From a phage, in sequence record PZ445448.1: a stretch of 64,000 nucleotides of DNA; one strand, 5' to 3'. How positions within the stretch are numbered: position 1 is the stretch's first letter; every line of letters begins with the position of its first letter. Made by a program: the position numbers and the translations under genes. This document shows, in pieces, positions 55,934-64,000 of the stretch. The notes under the pieces are model-generated. The model worked only from the letters and a program-made list of their open reading frames with translations. It was not told the DNA's origin and ran no database searches.

Positions 55934-56155
55934 TTAGTAAAACTGAAGAATGTCTTTTAAAGCGAAGTCACGATATTCGCCCTTGTCTACATCGAAGGCA
56001 CGCATCAACCACTGCTCTTCTTTATGATACTCTGTAGAGCCAAACCATAAATTAGGCTCAGTAACGCAGCGATCTGCAACAACACCTTTCCAGTTACGGT
56101 ATTTCATCCTGATCAGGACTGAGTCGCAAGGATTGAATACCTTTTTCATCCCCAT
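55934..56155 (-). CDS. hypothetical protein
   Basis: 73-aa ORF. Confidence 0.4.
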   Translation of the reverse strand: MGMKKVFNPCDSVLIRMKYRNWKGVVADRCVTEPNLWFGSTEYHKEEQWLMRAFDVDKGEYRDFALKDILQFY

Positions 56156-56699
56156 AGAAATCTCTCTCCTCAGTTTTCTTTATAAACTCTTGCATGTAGA
56201 ACTCAATAGCCTCATGCTTGGTGCACTCCGGATCAATGACAAGATTGAGATCTGATTCTGCTCGTGCAATAATCGTAGCTTTAGAGCATCTCCTCAAGAA
56301 CTTTGTCATATCATCTCTGTAGTTTTTGTGGAGCGGGAAGTCGCTGTAGTCTTTCTCCAAATAGTCAGCCATCCGGCGCAACGCCTCTGATAAACTGCAA
56401 TCTGTATACTCGTTACAGTATTTCATCCAGTATTTAAGCACATACCCCTCAAAGGTATTAGTGCATTGAGACAAAACACCCCTGCAACGACCAGTCAGAT
56501 GATCATGATCTAAACAAGGCTTACGAAGTGGCTCGCACAAGATCGGATCAAGACCATCCTGCTCCTCTGACAATTCTTTTCGAAAGTTGGCTATGTCCTT
56601 AGAATCTTTTAACCACCCGTTATGAACTGGGGCTTTGACAGCTTTCTTTCTTATTTTACGCTTTGCGATAATCCCTCCAGATGAGCCCTGCCTATCCAA
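56094..56699 (-). CDS. endonuclease VII-like junction-resolving nuclease
   Basis: CLDHDHLTGRCRGVLSQCTNTFEG matches T4 endo VII H.DHDH..G..RGLLC..CN..EG. Confidence 0.55.
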   Translation of the reverse strand: MDRQGSSGGIIAKRKIRKKAVKAPVHNGWLKDSKDIANFRKELSEEQDGLDPILCEPLRKPCLDHDHLTGRCRGVLSQCTNTFEGYVLKYWMKYCNEYTDCSLSEALRRMADYLEKDYSDFPLHKNYRDDMTKFLRRCSKATIIARAESDLNLVIDPECTKHEAIEFYMQEFIKKTEERDFYGDEKGIQSLRLSPDQDEIP

Positions 56700-57280
56700 T
56701 AAGCATCTGCGAGATCGGCCTTACCTTGTACCAAATTGATCCCGTCTAGGAACCCAGGTTCAGATACTTCGCAGGCCTTAACCATCAACTTTTTATCCAT
56801 TGTAACAGGTTTCTTCACAGTATGCTCTTTACCTGTCTTTTTGTCAAGCTTTTTCTTCTCCTCAAAAGCAAGTTCTTCAGGAAGATGACTACGAGCAAAC
56901 TTTTTGGCAGTTGTTGGTGTCACTGTGTGGACCTTAAACAGGCCGTCATTTTCACAATCAGCTAAGGCATCCCAAAGCATAATTTCAAGACCGTAAAACA
57001 ACCCAGCCAGTTCACGTGTGGCATCCCCGCGTGATCCAAAGGAAAGCCCTTCCATAACCACGGTGTCAACGTGATGCGTGTGGATATAATATCTGACCTG
57101 TTTGCAGATCCAGTCAATACGCTCAGCAGCTGTTGCAAAAGAAACCGTCCCTGGTTTCTTCTCTTTTGCAGATGAGCTTTGAGTTCGTAACACAACCTTA
57201 TGAACAGGCTTTCCATCGTCCCATACAACGCAAGCTGTGTGTGTCAACGACTGGTCTATGGATAATAGACGCTCTCTCAT
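56651..57280 (-). CDS. RuvC-like Holliday junction resolvase
   Basis: LSIDQSLTHTACVVW, VVMEGLSFGS, GKADLADAYWIGRAH resemble RuvC catalytic motifs. Confidence 0.5.
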   Translation of the reverse strand: MRERLLSIDQSLTHTACVVWDDGKPVHKVVLRTQSSSAKEKKPGTVSFATAAERIDWICKQVRYYIHTHHVDTVVMEGLSFGSRGDATRELAGLFYGLEIMLWDALADCENDGLFKVHTVTPTTAKKFARSHLPEELAFEEKKKLDKKTGKEHTVKKPVTMDKKLMVKACEVSEPGFLDGINLVQGKADLADAYWIGRAHLEGLSQSVK

Positions 57281-57612
57281 GCTTCCTCATCCTCCTCTCC
57301 TTCATCAGGAGCATAAGCCTTATCTTTGAACAAGACGAGAGAGCAAAGCTTAACATCTGTTTCCACACTGGTGAACATGCATAACCGCTCGCCCTCAATC
57401 AACTCACAATCCTCTTTTAAAACAGCAGACCATACACGGTCATCTGCGTAATCATCTGTGTACAGGATGTATGAAATAGTGTCATCTTCATACAACCGCC
57501 ACATACCTGTGGCAACAATAAATGTATTTTTTGTTTTAATGGTCCCTGTTGTATGATCATCCTCAAAAACAGCTTCCATAATTGCACTATCTACAGAATT
57601 TTTAGTCATCAA
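57277..57612 (-). CDS. hypothetical acidic protein
   Basis: 111-aa ORF. Confidence 0.45.
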   Translation of the reverse strand: MMTKNSVDSAIMEAVFEDDHTTGTIKTKNTFIVATGMWRLYEDDTISYILYTDDYADDRVWSAVLKEDCELIEGERLCMFTSVETDVKLCSLVLFKDKAYAPDEGEEDEEA

Positions 57613-58748
57613 ATTGCTCCAACATTTCTAAGAACGTTAACAAGTTTTGTTTGATCATTGAATGTTCGCTTCATATACAAACAGTCAAAAATTATACTCA
57701 TCCATTGACCTACGGAAATTCTACGATCAATACCATTGAAGTCAGTATACTTAACAACACCTTTCGGGAACCACTTCTTGTACTGATCAATAATAGCCAT
57801 CCACATCTCCTTTGGAGTGCTGCACTGAGACAGTAGGTAGAATGCTGAGGCATCTCCGAACTTACCCTTACCGATAAGTCCCTGATACGGCTTGATGTTG
57901 TCAGCAGAGTCACCACACAGCATTTGGTATCCGAAGAACAGCATTCCGTAACCACCAACCTCTCCATTAGGCTTCATGAAGATGTTCCCCATACCGTTAT
58001 CGATCAGCATAGGGGTTTCTCTTACAAAATCTCCCTTATCGTTTCGCATGGGATCGAACACAAGCCCCGGTAGTGTTCTTTGGTCCTTATCAATAGAGAT
58101 AATAAACTTGTTGAACTTACCTGTTTTTTGGTAGTGGTTCCAACCTTCAAATTGCTGGATAGCTAACCAGTCGTCAGCCTCGATACCGTTGATCACTTGA
58201 GCATTATACTGCTTTTGGAGATACTGTCTTGCATCTCCAAGCAGCAGTGGTCGAAGAGTATTGTTACGGTTGGCTTTATATCTTTCCGGCATGGGAAGAT
58301 CTAGTCTGAAATTACCTGTGCCTCCAAGTACCCCCACGCACCGATCTTCCGGAATACCGAGATAATTAAGGACTGCATTAGCTTTACACTTAATTGTGTG
58401 CAAGCAGTTCTCTACAGGATCAGGGGTTTGGATATCTAAGACATCGAAATCTTCTCGTGTCCACGGAATAAACTCCTTGCCAGCCTTTTTACATGCAGCT
58501 TCACGGTTGGTATTCTCAGCTTTTAACCAACCACCAACGGTGTTCTTCTGCCGCCCCCAGAACTCTGTTCGTGTTTTAAACATCTTCTTACGTCCGGAGG
58601 CTTTGTGTGTTACCTCAATTGTCCTTTTTTCACAACTTGCTGCAGCTTGATATGCAACCTGATCGAAGTCATAATAAACTATAGCGTCAGGTTCAAGAAG
58701 ATCAGCCAGACAATCTATGGACTCAATAAGTGGATATTCTCTACTCAA
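57609..58748 (-). CDS. 5'-3' exonuclease / flap endonuclease (FEN family)
   Basis: GIEADDWLA and LCGDSADNIKPYQGLIGKGKFG motifs as in Pol I 5'-nuclease, T5 D15, T4 RNase H. Confidence 0.7.
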   Translation of the reverse strand: MSREYPLIESIDCLADLLEPDAIVYYDFDQVAYQAAASCEKRTIEVTHKASGRKKMFKTRTEFWGRQKNTVGGWLKAENTNREAACKKAGKEFIPWTREDFDVLDIQTPDPVENCLHTIKCKANAVLNYLGIPEDRCVGVLGGTGNFRLDLPMPERYKANRNNTLRPLLLGDARQYLQKQYNAQVINGIEADDWLAIQQFEGWNHYQKTGKFNKFIISIDKDQRTLPGLVFDPMRNDKGDFVRETPMLIDNGMGNIFMKPNGEVGGYGMLFFGYQMLCGDSADNIKPYQGLIGKGKFGDASAFYLLSQCSTPKEMWMAIIDQYKKWFPKGVVKYTDFNGIDRRISVGQWMSIIFDCLYMKRTFNDQTKLVNVLRNVGAI

Positions 58749-59049
58749 AGACCCTCCTGTTAGTTATTCTGCAAGATGGTTGGATGCTGTAATGGAAGGC
58801 ATCATCACTCTCTGCAATAAGTGACTCAACATCCCAATACTTTTCAAAAAGGAACGGATTAGACCCCCAGTGGTGGGTTATTTTCATCAAGGAGTCTGGT
58901 ATCATATAACCACAGATCTTAATTACATCGCCAGGTTGAATTGTGTTTTCATGAAGGTTGCTTGCCTTCTTCAGAATCATACCTTTATGATTCTCGTTTG
59001 CATACAACTGGACAATATCTTTATCTTCAACAATAAAAATTTTAAGCAT
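58741..59049 (-). CDS. hypothetical protein
   Basis: 102 aa; minus promoter TTGACA-18-TATTAT ~59083-59112. Confidence 0.45.
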   Translation of the reverse strand: MLKIFIVEDKDIVQLYANENHKGMILKKASNLHENTIQPGDVIKICGYMIPDSLMKITHHWGSNPFLFEKYWDVESLIAESDDAFHYSIQPSCRITNRRVFE

Positions 59050-59108
59050 ATCTAGTTCTCCTAGTTTATAGATATCTTACCGATAATATCAGATTAATAA
59101 CACTTTTG

Positions 59109-59402
59109 TCAAGACTTTTTAGTCTTTCTTGGAGAGCTTTTTGTTGATCTTTTCCTTTTGTGGTAGATTCCAAGTGCAGCGTTTTCTTGGGCGCACGTTT
59201 TAACAGTTCTCAGACAAGAACTTTCAGCTTTAGGCAGGTTTAACTCCCACCAACCAAGCCAGTAAAGTTCTGATTCAGACAACTGCTCAGATTCAGCCTT
59301 CCGATACAAGGCTTGCATACCTCTGATGATATCGTCCAGAGGTGTATCGAATACAAAAGCTGTCTTATCGAATTTCTCTTTTACAGGTTTCTTATCCATC
59401 AA
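59109..59402 (-). CDS. hypothetical protein
   Basis: 97-aa ORF, basic C-terminus. Confidence 0.4.
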   Translation of the reverse strand: MMDKKPVKEKFDKTAFVFDTPLDDIIRGMQALYRKAESEQLSESELYWLGWWELNLPKAESSCLRTVKTCAQENAALGIYHKRKRSTKSSPRKTKKS

Positions 59403-59856
59403 GGTAACCCTCTATCCACGAAAAGTCAGTCTTCCACTCTGGAACTTTACTAAGCTCACGCCACTCTGCAAAGCAGTCTCGGTAATACTCCTCTGCCATA
59501 CCTTTGGTGATCTTATTCACCTTAGCCAACTGATTAACTGCCTGAGCATACTTTCCACGAATATTTGCTAACCCAGGATGCACCGATGTGTGACAATCTG
59601 GGCACAACGCTATCAGTCCGACAAGCCGGATCACTCCCTCTTCGAAAGTGTAAAGTTCATGACACTCCACTGGGTGTTTGCTGCCTTTACCGCCGCACAC
59701 CTCACAGGTGTAGTTGGCTTCTCTATAGCACTTCTTGCGGATCTTATCCCACTCACTCTTCTTTACAGCGTTTCGGAGGTTATTATACCAAGCTGTTTCT
59801 GGGATCAGTTGCACAATAAGCCTGCGTTCAGACTTCATTAAACGTCCGTCTTCCAC
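59392..59856 (-). CDS. zinc-binding HNH-like protein
   Basis: CEVCGG...HPVECHE...CPDCHTSVH Cys/His pattern. Confidence 0.35.
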   Translation of the reverse strand: MEDGRLMKSERRLIVQLIPETAWYNNLRNAVKKSEWDKIRKKCYREANYTCEVCGGKGSKHPVECHELYTFEEGVIRLVGLIALCPDCHTSVHPGLANIRGKYAQAVNQLAKVNKITKGMAEEYYRDCFAEWRELSKVPEWKTDFSWIEGYLDG

Positions 59857-59865
59857 GTATCCTCC

Positions 59866-60072
59866 TCATTCAAAGAAATGGGTACGAGGGCAGGAACCTG
59901 CCTCTCCTTGTTTCACAAGTTCGTAGAGCTCACCTTGGCTTGTCTCATAAAGGCAAATACGTTTACCATTGTCCCGATATACATCGACAAGATACGCTGT
60001 TTCACCTGCAAACACTACACCACAGGCCAGACATGCTGCCATGAACAAAATTGCCAACAGAAAATCTTTCAT
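59866..60072 (-). CDS. small secreted/lipoprotein (possible spanin-like lysis accessory)
   Basis: Signal-like MKDFLLAILFMAACLACG; immediately downstream of endolysin. Confidence 0.35.
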   Translation of the reverse strand: MKDFLLAILFMAACLACGVVFAGETAYLVDVYRDNGKRICLYETSQGELYELVKQGEAGSCPRTHFFE

Positions 60073-60135
60073 GGTTAAACCCTCCTAAACATTTTATGAG
60101 GCAACAATACCACGTCCGTGTGGTTATGTCAATGA

Positions 60136-60606
60136 TCAATCAAGGACAACACCGCCTGCCTTTTTAAACACCTCGATCAACTTCTCAATCTTCTGTTCAT
60201 GCTGACCATATCCAGCACCAGGTAACGAAGCCCAGCGGGAACGGCATTTATGGATAGCCTCGTGGATACGCCCTTCGTCAATGTCGGCGAGAGCCTTGCA
60301 CTCACGGATCAGTTGCAACGCAATCTTGTCCTGACTGGCAGGGCCAAAATCTGGCAATCCTAACTGTTCCATGTAGTGTTTAGCAAACTTCTCCAAAACC
60401 TGGTAACGCCCAGCAGCGGAGGAGGTAAGTTTAGCATTTAGCTTAACGTACACACCTGGATGCTTGCTGTAATCGCTAAACAGCTTGCCACCAACTATGA
60501 CATCATAGCCCCGATCCTTGGTGGGTTGTCTACCATTATCTGTGCCTTCTGAATATGCGATCATATCCAAGAAAGCTTTTCGTTGAACATTTTTATCAAG
60601 TTTCAT
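60136..60606 (-). CDS. endolysin, lambda R-like lytic transglycosylase
   Basis: NVQRKAFLDMIAYSEGTDNGRQPTKDRGYDVIVGG...WASLPGAGYGQHEQK nearly collinear with lambda R. Confidence 0.9.
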   Translation of the reverse strand: MKLDKNVQRKAFLDMIAYSEGTDNGRQPTKDRGYDVIVGGKLFSDYSKHPGVYVKLNAKLTSSAAGRYQVLEKFAKHYMEQLGLPDFGPASQDKIALQLIRECKALADIDEGRIHEAIHKCRSRWASLPGAGYGQHEQKIEKLIEVFKKAGGVVLD

Positions 60607-60730
60607 TTTTCATACTCTCCAGTTTACTCATAACTAACCAGATCAACAACACTACACAGTGTGGTTATGTAGGTGCCAATTGAAAAACCATCATTCGATT
60701 GGCTACCGTTACCTACTAAACCTTCCTACA

Positions 60731-62014
60731 TCATTCCAGAACCTCCCAAGTGTCTGGGTCAACATTTCGGACGCAGATACCGACAGGGAATTGGTAGTTG
60801 TTGTCTTCTGTCCTTGATTGATATTTGAAGGTGACAAACTTGCCGATCATTTCCTGCATCCTGTCATAGCTACGCTCCTCGTGCGTGCCTTTCATCTTCA
60901 TTTTAACAATAACACCTTCCTTGTCAACACAGATAAGAACACCTTCATCATTCTTATCTTTCTCAACGTCAATAACTTTCACCTCTGCGTCGTTGAACTT
61001 TTTCCATTTCAATGCTTCAGATGTTCGCTGACCGTACTCGTATTTACCGCAGAAATTACGCATGATAGTACCTTCATATCCTTCGGACATGAATATACCA
61101 ACAGATTCTTCGCAATGATCAACTGTGTACGCAAGCTCTGCGTCAACAACCTTGATATGGTCAAGCATCAGAGTGGTAACGGTATCCTCTGCATCCATAA
61201 GATCCTTGCAGCGTCCAGACTCTGTTTCTGGATCCCACCACACCTTGTCGCTAGGAATATCAAAAATGTGATACTCCAGATCGTAGCTACAGTACCCACC
61301 GTAACGCAAATCATCACGAACAGGCTCAACATCGACAGGAATATCTACCTTGTTGAAGTTTTTGTATGTTGATAAGCCTGCCTTAATTGCTGCATGACGG
61401 CGTTTTTTATCTGCCTCATAGTCTTTATCGATCTCGGCCTGAATCTCTTCCTGTGTGCGCCACCGTTTAGCAAGAGACACTATTTTCTGCAAAGGAAGAC
61501 CATGAATGTATAGTTCCCCATCAAGTTGTTTAATCCCAGTGGTAGAATGGAAAGAACGAAGTTGCTCTAAAAGCTTTCCTTGAATAGGGTAGGACTTATT
61601 ACCACGGGAAATAAATTTAGGCTCACCATTTTGGAAAACAACAAGCAGACGAAGGCCATCTAACTTACGCAAGATCCAGCAAGGTAATTTAAGTGCCTTG
61701 CCACGCTTCAGGTAGTCATGCACCAGCATGGGTAAAAGATCAACACCCTGCTCGCAATCTTCCATGTTTTCAACATACCCCAGACGGACTTGTTTTTCCC
61801 ACTTGCTGATAGCCTCAAGCTCGGCCTGTTGCTCAGCTGTAGTCTCGTTGGCACGACCTACGTTCTTAGGTGTGCATACCGTCTCTTTGTACTGCAGTTT
61901 ACCATCAAGCTTGCCAAACTCTACGATAACCTTATCACCATCCGTGAATACTTTCCACTGTTGGTAGCTGCCATCTTTATTCAGTGCGTACAGTGTTGTT
62001 TTGATCTGATGCAT
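60731..62014 (-). CDS. ATP-dependent DNA ligase
   Basis: Adenylation motif KLDGLR (KxDGxR); 427 aa. Confidence 0.7.
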   Translation of the reverse strand: MHQIKTTLYALNKDGSYQQWKVFTDGDKVIVEFGKLDGKLQYKETVCTPKNVGRANETTAEQQAELEAISKWEKQVRLGYVENMEDCEQGVDLLPMLVHDYLKRGKALKLPCWILRKLDGLRLLVVFQNGEPKFISRGNKSYPIQGKLLEQLRSFHSTTGIKQLDGELYIHGLPLQKIVSLAKRWRTQEEIQAEIDKDYEADKKRRHAAIKAGLSTYKNFNKVDIPVDVEPVRDDLRYGGYCSYDLEYHIFDIPSDKVWWDPETESGRCKDLMDAEDTVTTLMLDHIKVVDAELAYTVDHCEESVGIFMSEGYEGTIMRNFCGKYEYGQRTSEALKWKKFNDAEVKVIDVEKDKNDEGVLICVDKEGVIVKMKMKGTHEERSYDRMQEMIGKFVTFKYQSRTEDNNYQFPVGICVRNVDPDTWEVLE

Positions 62015-62283
62015 TACTCGGCCTCTTCCTTAAAAATTTTAAACATCTCTTCTTTACTCATTACCAACCAGTCTCCCATAAAGTCAACTAGCCAATCTCC
62101 CTGGTACAAGACAAGGTTACCAAAAGGCTCGACAAGCTCACACATGCGACGAAGATCTCTGGTCCGAACAGGTGACGATGTAAACACACCTGTATCAATC
62201 CACCGTTGCAGATCAGATACTGATGAAGAGCTTCCGTCAAACTGATGTGCTTCTACAGGTTTAGCAAGATTAAATAACGGCAT
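62014..62283 (-). CDS. hypothetical protein
   Basis: 89-aa ORF, stop/start overlap. Confidence 0.45.
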   Translation of the reverse strand: MPLFNLAKPVEAHQFDGSSSSVSDLQRWIDTGVFTSSPVRTRDLRRMCELVEPFGNLVLYQGDWLVDFMGDWLVMSKEEMFKIFKEEAE

Positions 62284-62578
62284 TGCAGTCCTCCTTCTGT
62301 AGTAGGTCTTTTATAGGATAAACAAGTAAGTGTGGGTCGTAATAACGTATAGTCCTATTCTGCCACACTATGAACTTTATTACAACCAAATTTACAATAT
62401 CTTTATCACCATGTAGCCCAACACACACATTTGTCCATATTTTGTGGTTGAAGACCTTGCTATCGATGTAGATTTTAGTGTCAAACTTATCCTCCATTCT
62501 ACCAATAAGTTTGATCAGCTCCTTCATCTGGTCGCCAAACACAGCATCTTTTTCAAGATCTCTGGAATGCTTGTACAT
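62270..62578 (-). CDS. hypothetical protein
   Basis: 102-aa ORF. Confidence 0.45.
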   Translation of the reverse strand: MYKHSRDLEKDAVFGDQMKELIKLIGRMEDKFDTKIYIDSKVFNHKIWTNVCVGLHGDKDIVNLVVIKFIVWQNRTIRYYDPHLLVYPIKDLLQKEDCNAVI

Positions 62579-62640
62579 AACTGACTACCTCACTGCATAC
62601 TTTCCATAGTAAGTAAAGCCGGGTAATCCCGGCTATGTTG

Positions 62641-63354
62641 TTAAATATACTCTGTTACATCCTTGAAGCTCGAAGGCTTCATAATCTTACCTTTACTGTC
62701 AAGGAATATAATAACTTTATTGCCGTTGTAGAACTCCTCTTTAGCAACGAAACCTTCGTAGCGACCACCAAAACGACGCTCAAGATCTTTAATCTCCAAC
62801 TCGATGAGTTGTTCAGCAGGCATATCTGCACTGGCACCGTGTGAATGCCGTAGATGGTTGATCCGTGCAAACTTACTGTCATTAGATTTTAGAACCTTCC
62901 GCATCATCCCACACACATCCCCGCTAAGCTGGAACAGCAAAGCTGTTGATAACTCCGCTAGTCGGTAAGCTGACGCTCTTTGCTTGGATGTGTTTTTCGC
63001 AGCGATCAGTGTATCATAGAACTCACCGATCTTGAACTTAAGACCTCGCGGATTATCAAACAGGTTTGACCACTTTTCGTGGTTATCATTAACAAGATAA
63101 GCTGCATAACTTGTGACAACGTGAAGATCGCAGGCCTCTTTTAGCAGGTGATCTCCACCATCACCTTTCTCCAGCTCTTCCAAAACCTCATTGAACTCTT
63201 CCTCAATGAAGCTAAGCTGTAATTCGAATGGTGTGTATGATTTTTTCACTTTAGCTGCCACACGGTTCCAGTTTTCCACCCAGTTGGCAGACCAAAGGTA
63301 GTTTTCAGGCTGGGACAGTTTTTCCAGGTTGTCGATCAGTTTAGTATTCAGCAT
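62641..63354 (-). CDS. MazG-like nucleotide pyrophosphohydrolase
   Basis: EEEFNEVLEELEKGD...LLKEACDLHVV resembles MazG E..E....E...DLL core. Confidence 0.4.
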   Translation of the reverse strand: MLNTKLIDNLEKLSQPENYLWSANWVENWNRVAAKVKKSYTPFELQLSFIEEEFNEVLEELEKGDGGDHLLKEACDLHVVTSYAAYLVNDNHEKWSNLFDNPRGLKFKIGEFYDTLIAAKNTSKQRASAYRLAELSTALLFQLSGDVCGMMRKVLKSNDSKFARINHLRHSHGASADMPAEQLIELEIKDLERRFGGRYEGFVAKEEFYNGNKVIIFLDSKGKIMKPSSFKDVTEYI

Positions 63355-63367
63355 TAAAGGTCTCCTT

Positions 63368-64000
63368 TTAAAGTTCCATAAAGTTTTCTACAGTTTCAAT
63401 AAATGCTTTATCAGAGAAAGCGTCAACAGCACCGTTAAACCATACAGGGATCCCGCGATCCTCATATTGATAAAGGTCGCTACGTGAAATGCCACTTCCA
63501 TCTGCACTCTGCGAATCATACTTGTTTACAATCAGCAGTTTTGTGCCTTTACAAGTAGCAGGAAACAATTCCCAGTTAAAATTAATAACTGTGTTAGAAC
63601 AACCTACCAGGATCACCATATCATTGCTTGTGAGAGATGTCAACAGGTCATACATGTCTGTATACTTAGGAGCAACCTCACCGAAGAACACTACATTGGG
63701 CTTAACCCAGGTATACTTGCCTGTATCTACCTCCGTGTATCCGATATTTTTAATTACATCATTACCTTCAGCATCTTCGTAGGTGATTTCAGGCAAATAC
63801 CCGTGGACATGTAAAATATCTTCATGTTTTACACCAGCACGCTCCAGCAAATCATCTACATTGGTAGTAAGGTTGATCACACGACCAGACCAGCGGGAAT
63901 ACCACTCAGCGATCCGAAGATGTGCAAGGTTAGGATCAACACTGCCCAGAGCTACACGACGTGCATTGTAAAAGTCATGCACCTTATAGTAGTTCTTGGC
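63368..64000 (-). CDS. Sir2-family protein (5' end beyond window)
   Basis: LTTNVDDLLERAG, HVHG, PNVVFFGE, VILVGCS match sirtuin motifs; reading frame stays open to window edge. Confidence 0.55.
   Translation of the reverse strand, partial: AKNYYKVHDFYNARRVALGSVDPNLAHLRIAEWYSRWSGRVINLTTNVDDLLERAGVKHEDILHVHGYLPEITYEDAEGNDVIKNIGYTEVDTGKYTWVKPNVVFFGEVAPKYTDMYDLLTSLTSNDMVILVGCSNTVINFNWELFPATCKGTKLLIVNKYDSQSADGSGISRSDLYQYEDRGIPVWFNGAVDAFSDKAFIETVENFMEL

Noticed and set aside
1-64000. T7-type single-subunit RNAP promoters
   Set aside because: No repeated ~23-bp TAATACGACTCACTATA-like motif seen; genes instead carry host sigma70-type promoters

Overview
This window looks like the early/middle region of a large virulent dsDNA phage of an enterobacterial-type host (about 45% GC, many near-consensus sigma70 promoters on both strands). 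Plus strand 1-14.2 kb: a T7-like replisome (TOPRIM primase-helicase, family-A DNA polymerase split by an HNH-carrying group I-like intron, an SSB-like protein ending in an E. coli SSB-type tail) plus small early genes. 14.2-15.3 kb is a repeat-rich noncoding region. 15.3-25.8 kb is a cassette of about 30 small genes, most with their own TTGACA/TATAAT promoter, 5'-leader hairpin and CA-rich SD leader. 25.8-28.3 kb is a 2.5-kb convergent noncoding region dense in repeats. The minus strand 28.3-64 kb carries tightly packed small paralogous genes, an HPF-like ribosome hibernation factor, two DNA methyltransferases, ClpP-like protease, PhoH, nrdG, nrdD (split by a short ORF-less group I intron), glutaredoxin, nrdB, nrdA, dNMP kinase, exonucleases, two junction resolvases, a lambda R-like endolysin, DNA ligase, MazG-like and Sir2-like proteins. 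No tRNA, rRNA or CRISPR array was recognised. All calls are by eye from motifs; coordinates of regulatory sites are approximate (+/- 3 nt).
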